Shown: one piece after another, positions 24,689 through 35,054 of the stretch
Position numbering within the stretch: position 1 is the first letter of the stretch
Layout of the letters: each line of letters begins with the position of its first letter
Origin: Macrostomum lignano
Lineage: Eukaryota
DNA: 64,000 bases
Reading direction: 5' to 3'
Assembly: GCA_002269645.1 (NCBI GenBank)
Contig: NIVC01001535.1
Span: 62,001-126,000, forward strand
Translations under genes and position numbers: made by a program
The notes under the pieces: model-generated
The model's input: the letters and a program-made list of their open reading frames with translations, nothing else
Told to the model about the DNA's origin: nothing
The model's database searches: none

Positions 24689-24731
<43 letters not shown>

Positions 24732-25118
24732 TGACTGACTGACTGACTGACTGACTGACTGACTGACTGACTGACTGACTGACTGACACACTGACTGACT
24801 GACTGACTGACTGACTGACTGACTGACTGACTGACTGACTGACTGACTGACTGACTGACTGACTGACTGACTGACTGACTGACTGACTGACTGACTGACT
24901 GACTTGAATGAGTGGGTGACTGACTGACTGACTGACTGACTGACTGACTGACTGACTGACTGACTGACTGACTGACTGACTGACTGACTGACTGACTGAC
25001 TGACTGACTGACTGACTGACTGACTGACTGACTGACTGACTGACTGACTGACTGACTGACTGACTGACTGACTGACTGACTGACTGACTGACTGACTGAC
25101 TGACACACTGACTGACTG
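22628..25118. repeat. (GACT)n microsatellite array of about 2.5 kb with recurrent ttgaatgagtggg interruptions
   Basis: Directly visible; produces the spurious SQSV ORFs. Confidence 0.98.
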
Positions 25119-25802
25119 GTTAGCAATGAGATTTCGAGGCTGACAGGAGAAATTGCTGCGAAGTCAAGGCTGAAAGGTCAGAGGCGACATGTATAGCTTA
25201 GTCAAAAAACTTTCCATTCTTTGTTTCCTACCCCACGCTGATTGCTGGTAAACAAGTAAATATGCTAGTGAATCAAGCTTGAATGGCAGTTGACAGTAAT
25301 AGATGTAAAAATATTTTTCAAAAACAGTAATTAGTTTTTCTGTTTATTTTCCAGATTGTTCTCTCAGAAAAGTTGCATCCATAGCGTGCAAAAATAGCAT
25401 ACGAGTGTAATAGCTAAGCACTGCTATTACACTCGGGTAGGGGTCTGTGATAGGGGTCGATAAATGCGCAGTTTAACTAAGCTATCCAAGCTTTGCACTC
25501 ACATGTCGACGCAGATAGTAGATGCTTAAAATAGGTAGGTGCACAAACTGGATAGAATTGATTGAGTACTCAGGTGGTAGAGATGGGAGAATAGGAGAGA
25601 AAGAAAGGCCAGGCCAGCGTACTGAGTGGCCTGGTTTACTGGCCAACCCACACCCAATTGCAATGGGAAGGTCTCTGTCCCATTAGATTATATATACTCG
25701 TATATTAGAGGTTATGTCAACTATAACATCTTGTATAAACTGCATCTACAATTCAGCATTGAAAACGGACGATGATGTTGATTCCAGCCTCCATCTCTAG
25801 CT

Positions 25803-26597
25803 ATGCTTCTTGTTCTAACCGGCGCCTGCTTGAATCTGCCTGACGCTGGCGCTGCGCCAACAAGCTGCGAGTCCAGCTGCCCGGTCTACATCAGAGAGCC
25901 AACACCAGTCTGTGGCGACGGCAAAGAGTACATGGACGAGTGTCGGGCCAAGTGCGCCGGAGCCAAGGTCATCGCCAAAGGCCCCTGTCCGAATATTAAT
26001 CCGGCTTGTACCTGCTTGGCAGTCTACGACCCGGTGTGCGGAGATGGCAAGGACTACGGCAACAATTGCTTGGCTCGGTGCGCCGGCGCCAAGGTCATCT
26101 CAAAAGGCCCCTGTCCGACTCCGAAGCCGTGTGTCTGTCCGGAAATTTACCAGCCGGTTTGCGGAGACGGCAAGGACTACAGCAACGAATGCTTCGCCCG
26201 ATGCGCCGACGCAAAAGTCATCTCGTCTGGCACCTGTCCGACTGAGTCACCTGGCTGCATCTGCCCCATGATCTACGACCCTGTCTGCGGCTCTGACGGT
26301 CGCACCTATTCAAATGGTTGCGCAGCCGCTTGCGCCGGTGTTACAGTGGTCTCCAAGGGCCGTTGTGAGTGTCGGAACTGTCCGAAAATCTTCAAGCCAG
26401 TGTGCGGCAGCGATGGCGAGACCTACCAGAACGCTTGCCAGGCCAAGTGCTCCGGCGTGAAGAAAATCTCTCAGGGCACCTGCGGCTGCGTTTGCCCGCT
26501 AGTCTACGCGCCAGTGTGCGCCGAAGGCAAGACCTACGGCAACGAGTGCGAGGCCAACTGCGCCGGAGTGAAGAATGCCGACTCTGGCGAGTGCTAA
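25803..26597 (+). CDS. Multi-domain Kazal-type inhibitor 5 (6 domains, 264 aa)
   Basis: Six Kazal motifs; the first two are close to those of gene 1; short hydrophobic N-terminus, start site uncertain. Confidence 0.88.
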   Translation: MLLVLTGACLNLPDAGAAPTSCESSCPVYIREPTPVCGDGKEYMDECRAKCAGAKVIAKGPCPNINPACTCLAVYDPVCGDGKDYGNNCLARCAGAKVISKGPCPTPKPCVCPEIYQPVCGDGKDYSNECFARCADAKVISSGTCPTESPGCICPMIYDPVCGSDGRTYSNGCAAACAGVTVVSKGRCECRNCPKIFKPVCGSDGETYQNACQAKCSGVKKISQGTCGCVCPLVYAPVCAEGKTYGNECEANCAGVKNADSGEC

Positions 26598-27379
26598 ATC
26601 GTGGATTCTTGTTTCCCGGAAACACTGCTACGAGCGTAAACGATCTCTTGCAATGCACTTATAAATCTTTAAGGTTGAAAGAAGCGAATGCTCTATTTTT
26701 TTCAAAATTTATTTTTTTAACCTAATAATCGGTGAATACAGACTAAAAAATGAATGCCAGCCGCAAAACCATACCCGTAAAAAAGAATATAATTGAAATA
26801 TGGTAATCTAGCACATTTATCAAATACCAACATCGATAATGTAGACCCCGAGAATGTAGAATTCTTGTAGATAAAGAACTGTAGACCCTGATACAGTTCT
26901 TGTATCCAAATATCAAAATAGCTTTTTCAGATTGGTAGCTTTGTACATACTTTATATGTATGTATTCATGAAGTCCATCTTGAAGTTTATTTACGATGCC
27001 TCAAATTATTTGGATTTTCAAACGTTTTCACCTACCTTTAACATTAATTGCCAATAAAGTCGCAAAACGCCTCTCAAATTAATAACAAGAGCTTGTCGCA
27101 AGGTTATAATTAACTCGTATGGTCACTATAGACAAATATGATAGGAAGAAACCTGCATTTTAGATCAATAAAATTTGGCCAGCTTTATGCGAATGTACAG
27201 TGCATGAGACACGAGAAACTTGTGAGTATTAAAAAACAGTTTGAAAAAGTTCATTTCTGTCAGGTGTCTCCCCTTCATCCTTTCCTCGGACTCCAGGTAC
27301 GACTGACTTCGGTTTCGGGCAAAGGCAGAGGGTCATGCACCTGTTTTTGTACGTTTTCTCGCCATTAACGCACACCGGT

Positions 27380-27973
27380 TTATAGACGTCGGCAGGGCCC
27401 GCGCGATGTGCAGGTGACGCCGGCGCACCTAGCGAAGCACATGTTGCTGTAAGTGACACCATCGCTTCCGCAGACCGGCAGATAGTACCTCGGACAGGAG
27501 CACAGACATGGCCCATCAACGATTTCCTCGGCTCCTGCACAGCGGGCCAAGCACTCGTTTCCGTAGTCTTTGCCGTCTCCGCACACAGGCTTGTAAATCA
27601 GTGGGCAGAGACACGGCGGCTTCTTAGTCGGGCAAGGACCGTCGACAATATATACGGCCCCGTCGCAACGAGCCATGCACTCGTTGCCGTAGTCCTTGCC
27701 GTCTCCGCACACAGGCTTGTAGATTTCCGGACAGACGCACGGCGTCTTCTTCGTTGGCCTAGTCGTTGTCGTCGGACAAGGGACAACCTCAGCGCCAGCG
27801 CACTTGGCGTGGCACTCGTCGTAGTACTTTCTTCCGTCGGCCCCGCATACGGGATCAGGAGCTCGAACGTACACTGGACAGCTTGACTCGCACGAAGGCT
27901 TTTTTTTAGCCTCGGAGCTCTGGCAGATGAACGAAAGACCCAGCAGAACTGGGACGAGTCGAATCATTGCCAT
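27380..27973 (-). CDS. Kazal-type protein 6; inverted paralog of gene 4, truncated to 4 domains by a frameshifting deletion (possibly a pseudogene)
   Basis: The signal peptide and domains match gene 4. A net 26-bp deletion near 27392 gives GPCRRL-stop; the remnant of the last domain continues to about 27270 with a further 4-bp deletion. Confidence 0.82.
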   Translation of the reverse strand: MAMIRLVPVLLGLSFICQSSEAKKKPSCESSCPVYVRAPDPVCGADGRKYYDECHAKCAGAEVVPCPTTTTRPTKKTPCVCPEIYKPVCGDGKDYGNECMARCDGAVYIVDGPCPTKKPPCLCPLIYKPVCGDGKDYGNECLARCAGAEEIVDGPCLCSCPRYYLPVCGSDGVTYSNMCFARCAGVTCTSRGPCRRL

Positions 27974-28047
27974 TCGAAAAATAATTGTCACGAGTTTAGT
28001 CTTGGCATTTTTTTTCCGCGTCCCGACGTCCCGATGTAGGGTGAATT

Positions 28048-28100
28048 TTTTACCCTATTGTCAGTGACGTATATATAGATTTCAATGCGGGTAAACATGT
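28048..28100 (-). promoter_or_regulatory. Putative core promoter of Kazal gene 6
   Basis: Reverse complement aaacatgtttacccgcattgaaatctatatatacgtcactgacaatagggtaaaa matches the gene 4 upstream block. Confidence 0.55.
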
Positions 28101-28552
28101 TTTGGTAAAATTTTGGAATGTTTTTCTTGTCACCCGTTTGGCGTTGTTTTGGTTGACAGTTAAAATTACAAGCAGATCTAGGGTTCGGCCTGTCGTGCTT
28201 GCTTTTCGGACATGGGACCGAAGTCGCAAAACAATAGCTTGAAACATGCAGCTTCTTGCAAGTAAAATTTTTGTTTTTTTTCGGTTTTGCATAACAGAAT
28301 CCATTGTTCTGTTTGAGGCTGTACTTAGATAACCCGAAAGTTAGAGAAGGTAGAGTTTGGGGTTAGGGTCTAGGGCTAGTTGTCTTTGAAGCCGAGTTTA
28401 TATTCGAGCCTTCATTTTGACTAAAAATGGAATCTTAACGAAGTATTGAGAAGCAAGTGACTGTATATTAAAAAGCAGTGCAAAACAATGCAGCGAGTCA
28501 CATCTCAAACTCAACTATCCTTCTCAAACTGTTCCACCTGTTGGATTGCAAT

Positions 28553-29586
28553 ATGCTACCCGCGGCACTGGAAGCTCACGTGTATCGGCTGCGGTTCTGT
28601 TGACCATTTGCTACTTTCAGCTGATGCTGCATCCATCGCAGTCTACTGTAGCCCTTGCAGCATCTACAGCAGATCAGACTACCATGAACTTTCCCATCCT
28701 ACCCTTAGTAGGGCCTATAAAGTCAAATGAGTCAAAAACTACTATTGATTCTGTGCATTTTTACAGGACATCAATAACTATATCGGACGTAACTTACTGC
28801 ATTAGCTGCTCTGGTAGACCCTACGTGTGCAACATTGTAGACAGTTACTACACCTGTACAGGGTTGAGATCTGGTGAATTGCACAATGCCAGTGTGTTAG
28901 CACAGGCTTAAGGCTATCTGGATGGCCCAGCTAGCAGTGTAAATGCAAAGACACGTAAGTGGACATAGCAATTTAGCGACCCTTGACTGTTTTTAATCGT
29001 CGAGCATGTGTAGACACTCTGTAAAAACCCGAATTACGGTGACCGGGTGTGTAATCGAACCCAGTCGCCGCTTTGTCCAGCTCCCTCCTTTGCAAAAGTT
29101 TATTTCAGTGTTCAGTAAAGCATCCTGATCATTAGTTAGGGTTTAATACGATTTAAAGCAACAACAACAAGAAAAATGATATCTGTAAACATTGTCTACA
29201 TTTAGTTATTTAGACGCGTGTTAAAATTGATTTGAACCATGTGGACCTTAAGCTTCTACTTAGACAGACAGTTAATAAATGGATAACTCAGAAAATGCAG
29301 ACTATGCAAGCAATTTTACGCAACGGAGGTGTGGAAGATTTTTACAGCCTAAGGAGTGTCAAGGCAGGTGAGCGGAGGGTTGCAGGGCGCAGGACAGAGG
29401 GGCTGTCTTTGGGGTGGGTGTTGAAAGCCAATTAGTAGATGCCGACTGTCCATTGCTCTGATTTCGCAGCAAACCGACGGTGCGGCCTTTGCATTAGTTT
29501 TACAAGCGTTAATCTGCGTGAGACACGTCTTGTCTTTGAACACTTTCACTTTTAGTCTGTTCCAGTGGTCGCTCCCGTGGCTTCTG
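28553..29586 (+). pseudogene. Pseudogenised copy of the FN3-repeat gene (exon 1 plus 21 nt of exon 2)
   Basis: Exon 28553-28954 aligns with 30942-31356, but its ATG is out of frame, the conserved FN3 Trp is replaced, and TAA at 28909-28911 replaces Pro (AQA*GYLDGP vs AQAPGHLDSP). Exon 2 start (29566-29586) is identical to 32994-33014 and then breaks into a G-rich repeat. Confidence 0.75.
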
Positions 29587-29591
29587 GGGAA

Positions 29592-29962
29592 GGAGATCTA
29601 GGAGTGGGGATCTGGGAGTGGGATCTGGGAGTGGGATCTGGGAGTGGGATCTGGGAGTGGGGATCTGGGAGTGGGGATCTGGGAGTGGGATCTGGGAGTG
29701 GGGATCTGGGAGTGGGGATCTGGGAGTGGGGATCTGGGAGTGGGGATCTGGGAGTGGGGATCTGGGAGTGGGGATCTGGGAGTGGGGATCTGGGAGTGGG
29801 GATCTGGGAGTGGGGATCTGGGAGTGGGGATCTGGGAGTGGGCATCTGGGAGTGGGGGTCTGGGAGTGGGGATCTGGGAGTGGGCATCTGGGAGTGGGGG
29901 TCTGGGAGTTGGGATCTGGGAGTTGGGGTCTGGGAGTTGGGATCTGGGGGTGGGGATCTAGG
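29592..29962. repeat. 14-bp G-rich tandem repeat (ggagtggggatctg)n
   Basis: Directly visible, about 26 degenerate copies. Confidence 0.92.
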
Positions 29963-30399
29963 ATTTTAGGACTCAGGATTTTTAGGATTTAGGATTTTTC
30001 TAAGTTTATTAGAAAGCCTTGAGCAGTAAAACAACAATTATTTGCTTACAAATTTTCATACCATATTAAAGAATTCAGTGATTCATTATCACATTTTATT
30101 AACATTGTTGATAGTCTAGAATGAATAGTTACGTATCTATTATTATAAATTCAGTCATAAAGGTCATCGACTCACATTTTCAATTTGAAGGTTGTTCTGA
30201 AAGGTCCTCTTCAATTGGGGCTTGCATACGCTATTTCGATTAAGCATGAGCTATCCAGACTCAGCAGTGGGGCTCGGCTACCTCACAACTGTTTGTACTT
30301 TTAGTGTTAGACATGCAGGCATCGGTGTTAAATTTGCTAACTGTACTTTATTTGTATACGACTGGACATAATTCAATCAGTGCTCAGGCTCAGAGTCTG

Positions 30400-30530
30400 A
30401 GGCTCTGGATGATGGCACCAGGGCTCAAATGTTTCGAGCAGTCGTTGAGACCATTTTGCTCCACGTGAACGCGGCGACATGAACCCTGACGGATGCCTTG
30501 GAGAAGCATGGTGCTCTGGTTGAGCGCGTA
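30400..30530 (+). mobile_element. Degraded non-LTR retrotransposon fragment (RTE-like region just downstream of RT)
   Basis: Translates LDDGTRAQMFRAVVETILLHVNAAT*TLTDALEK, resembling the RTE-clade K.RLFRA.VES.LLYG.E.WTLT motif with W mutated to stop. Confidence 0.5.
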
Positions 30531-30684
30531 CAGATTGAGGTAGCCCCACCCCCCCCCCCTAATTCACGGGGGCCAATTAGGTTTTCCGTAGCCCACCTCA
30601 TCCAGTTTCCGCACTGCACTCTCTTTCGCTGCCGTAAGAAGAGAATCGCACTAAATAAAAAACTGACGCAGAACTTCGACTGCA

Positions 30685-30687
<3 letters not shown>

Positions 30688-30740
<53 letters not shown>

Positions 30741-30745
30741 TTCAC
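30688..30745. repeat. (CT)n microsatellite
   Basis: Directly visible. Confidence 0.95.
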
Positions 30746-30941
30746 CTCTCTCATATGCCTTAGTTATATTCTAGCACCGCGTTTCCGTGTTGATAAGAAT
30801 TTTAGAAATTGCGGTTTTTCCTTTAACCCCCCTTTGTTGTGCTTAAGTTTTTTACCAAAAAATCTTTGCAGCAATAGCAAAGGTATCTTGGTGGTTTGCC
30901 AACGGAAGACGCACTTTCCAGATTCTCCCTTCTCTGTTGCT

Positions 30942-33905
30942 ATGCCAACTCCTGCCAGTAGTTCGCGGGTGTCAGCAGTGCTGCTTCTGCTGACAGTCTG
31001 CGGTTTGACGGTCCTACAGTTGGCGAAAGCGTCGACAACGGACGCACCAGCGGCAACTACGGAGGCGCCTACGACAGCTCCGACAACGACAATTCCAACT
31101 CTACCGCCGGTGACCGATCTCAAACCGGATGCGGCAAGAGCCTCAGTAGATTCGGTGTATTTTTCATGGACGCCTGTGTCAGCAGCAGACGCCTCATACT
31201 GTGTCAACTGCTCGGGAAAGCCTGGTGAATGCAACATCACCGCCAGTAACTATACCTGTACCGGTTTGAGCTCCGGCGCAGAGCACAGCGTGTCAGTCAT
31301 AGCACAAGCTCCAGGACATCTGGACAGCCCGCCCAGCAACGCCACAGGCAAAACTCGTGAGTGAAGCTTCTTGGGTCAAATACTTGGAAACAGCGCTGAC
31401 ATCAATTGTAGTTGGCTCTTGACTATTGTCATCTCGGACACATTTTCTCTTTGAGATTTTGAAACTTAGCAACCCCATTTTTGAGCAAATGTCTTCCTAT
31501 GACAGATGTGTTAAAACAGAACGGCTCACTAAGAGAAACGCAAAGACACACTAGTACAGGCACTGACACACTAAGACAGACACTGTGACACACTAAGACA
31601 CACTGTGACACACTAAAGCAGACACTGGCACACTAAAGCAGACACTGTGACGCACTAAGACAGACACTGTGACACACTAAGACAGACACTGTGACACACT
31701 AAGACAGACACTGTGACACACTAAGACAGACACTGTGACACACTAAGACAGAAACTGTGACACACTAAGACAGACACTGTGACACACTAAGACAGACACT
31801 GTGACACACTAAGACAGACACTGTGACACACTAAGACAGACACTGTGACACACTAAGACAGACACTGTGACACACTAAGACAGACACTGTGACGCACTAA
31901 GACAGACACTGTGACACACTAAGACAGACACTGTGACACACTAAGACAGACACTGTGACACACTAAGACAGACACTGTGATACACTAAGACAGACACTGT
32001 GACACACTAAGACAGACACTGTGACACACTAAGACAGACACTGTGACGCACTAAGACAGAAACTGTGACACACTAAGACAGACACTGTGACACACTAAGA
32101 CAGACACTGTGATACACTAAGACAGACACTGTGACACACTAAGACAGACACTGTGACACACTAAGACAGACACTGTGACACACTAAGACAGACACTGTGA
32201 CACACTAAGACAGACACTGTGACACACTAAGACAGACACTGTGACACACTAAGACAGACACTGTGACACACTAAGACAGACACTGTGACACACTAAGACA
32301 GACACTGTGACACACTAAGACAGACACTGTGATACACTAAGACAGACACTGTGACACACTAAGACAGACACTGTGATACACTAAGACAGACACTGTGACA
32401 CACTAAGACAGACACTGTGATACACTAAGACAGACACTGTGACACACTAAGACAGACACTGTGACACACTAAGACAGACACTGTGACGCACTAAGACAGA
32501 CACTGTGACACACTAAGACAGACACTGTGACACACTGTGAAATTTTCTAAAGAACTCTGCATTTCGAGTCATCGACAGCTTTGCTATACTCCGATTTTGT
32601 GTTTGCAACTCTGTCAGGTTTTGATGCTAAAAGCTGCTTCAAAACTTTTTAATTTTGTTTAGAATTTACAGTTAAATACTTGAATAGTTTGACAGCATCT
32701 TTTATTTGCGCCTTGTTATCTATTTTTACAATAGTAAGATGAAATGGAATGATGATGAAAACAGCAGGTTGTGATTCTGATTGCTAAGGAGCGTAAGATG
32801 TACAGACTGTCTGTATAAGATTGCTGTTGCATTCGGAATGACTGTATGTTTACACCTTTCTACAGTTTGTATCAGACAGTTATTAACTTACTATACGCTG
32901 AAGACACTGCAGTCAGTGAATAAGTATGAGCAGTATTACTATCGCTGTATTTAAAATGCATGCATTTGTACACCTTGTTTGATTTGCTTCCAGTGGTCGC
33001 TCCCGTGGCTTCTGTCACCGTGACGGGCTCCAACGTGAACTGTCTTGATGTAGAGTGGCCAGCCTCCAATACATCATATGTGACATACCAGCTCACCTGT
33101 GGCTCCAATCCTCCGATTGATGCTGGGGAACAGCTGAAAGGCAGATGCTGCGGTCTGCAGTCGGGAGAGAACCTCACAGCAACTGTTGTTGTGGTTAAGC
33201 CTGGCTTTAACAACAGCTCTCCCGCCAGAACAGTGGGACAGACTCGTGAGTTTTCACACCCGATGTTCTTGCCTCATTGCCGTGGCATTTTTTGTTCAAA
33301 ATGTTAAGTTGAACCTAGCAACGGCTTTGCAGTTAGTCTGTAGAAATCGAAATTTAAACTCAAGGAAAGTTTCAACGAGTGCAATCATGGCACAAGAGTG
33401 CATTGTATTCATTTACGTGTTTCATGGTAATTTTTGTGACCTGGCTTCTTCGATATTGCCGTGAGGCTTCCAACGTGCATGTGACTACTGTCATTTTACA
33501 GGGCACTTATGAAGGTTTAATTATTGACATGAATGTTCCAACTTACTAGGGATCTTTTAAATAGTATTTGTTATGTATCTGCTAGCCTTTTCGATACAGG
33601 ATTTGATCTCTTCTAACTGACCTTCTTTGTCACACGAACTGCAACCCCGGTTTCAGTGGTGTCACCCGTGGCTTCTGTCACCGTGACGGGCTCCAACGAG
33701 ACCTGTCTTGATGTAGACTGGCCAGCCTCCAACACATCGGGTGTGGCATACCAGCTTGACTGTGGGTCAGGTGCAATTGGAGTGGACTCAGGAACCTCAG
33801 GCTCCTGCTGCGGTCTGCAGTCGGGAAAGAGACACCCAGTGACTGTTGCTGTTGTCAAGGCTGGCTTTCCTAAGAGCTCTGCCGCCAGCACAGTCGGACA
33901 GACAC
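30942..33905 (+). CDS. Secreted or cell-surface protein with a Thr-rich stalk and at least 3 Cys-containing fibronectin type III domains; 3' end not found
   Basis: Exons 30942-31356, 32994-33245 and 33657-33905, all with phase-1 donors (C|GTGAGT). Signal peptide MPTPASSSRVSAVLLLLTVCGLTVLQLAKA. FN3 pattern P..V....V.W......Y...C...GL.SG....V.V. Confidence 0.75.
31565..32536. repeat. 22-bp tandem minisatellite (gacacactaagacagacactgt), about 44 copies, intronic
   Basis: Directly visible, highly homogeneous. Confidence 0.97.
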
Positions 33906-34188
33906 GTGAGTATCATTGATACTTGAAAAATAAATTAGTTTTCGTCTTGACTCAGGGCTGAGAAAAGCGGTAGCTAGCTATTCAGAGTTATTTTAAAAAT
34001 GTTAGAACTTATTGTATGTTATATCTAGAGATCAGATATAAAATGGGTATTGAAATTATGTTTTTTTACAAATTTATCTTATCTAGTTTTATAACTCACA
34101 GAAGTTCACCGTAAGAGCAATGTGTTTTGTCAGAAGGCGGTAACTATTTTGCTCCAGAATTAACCGTTTTTTTAGATTACATTTTAAA

Positions 34189-34530
34189 GGGGGCCGTAGC
34201 CCAGTGGTCCAGCGCGGCTCTGATGTGCCAGCGGCCCAGGCTCGATTGCAAGTGCAGTCACATTAATTTGAAGATAAATTGAAATATCGGCTTGGGTCTG
34301 CTTGTGCAATTAGCATTAAGCAATCGCCTAACGATAAATAAAGTTAGAGCCGCTGTGCACTTCTCTGTGAGTGTGTGCCTGTGCATATGACTGCGTACGT
34401 ATCCGCGCGCTTTGTGTGCCTGCTCAGGGGAGTCGGCGGAATGGGCAGTAATGCCTCTCGCCGGTTGTGTGACAATGTCGCTTGAAGTTCTTAAAGGGTG
34501 CACACGACCGCTCTGCCTCTAATACAAAAA
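34189..34530 (+). mobile_element. Probable tRNA-derived SINE
   Basis: Head ggggccgtagcccagtggtccagcgcgg (A box) ... caggctcgattgc (degenerate B box), followed by about 270 bp of body ending A-rich. Confidence 0.5.
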
Positions 34531-35054
34531 TTACATGCTATACAGATTTATAGAGAAATTTTAAGTATATGGATATCATAAATTAACATTTTGCCACAAG
34601 CAGGTCGGTTTTGAATTAGTAACACTTAAAAAAAATAGAATACGTTTTGATGAAAACAATTTAATGTTTTTGTTTGTTCTGTCTTCAAAACGAGAATAAC
34701 AAAAAGCTACCCAATGTGGGTAGAAAAGACAGTTGAAATGTACAAATATTTTGTAGAATTAAGACAGCATCCGCAAGTGTTGCCGTGTTTACTTTGCGTC
34801 GAGTGAGATAGGCTCTGTCTTCTATGTAGGGGTTAGAAATTTTAGAACCTAGCAAGTTCGTTCTTGCAGAAAAGACAATGAGGGGCCTTCACTACACATG
34901 AACTCGCAATGCTCATACTCAACCATGTTTATAAATAGGTCTTTTTTTAGCCATACACACTTTTAGATTGCGCACAGATAATTTTTTGTGGAGCAATATA
35001 ATTTTAATTTTAAAGCAGGTAGCTTTAAATAGTTGTGATTGAGACGCTTCAACA

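Noticed and set aside
22565-25126. SQSV-repeat ORFs up to 724 aa
   Set aside because: Translation of the (GACT)n microsatellite.
13856-27786. Alternative-frame and antisense ORFs overlapping the Kazal genes
   Set aside because: Shadow ORFs of GC-rich repetitive coding sequence.
31565-32536. Regular 22-bp array as a possible CRISPR
   Set aside because: No unique spacers, no cas genes, eukaryotic intron context.
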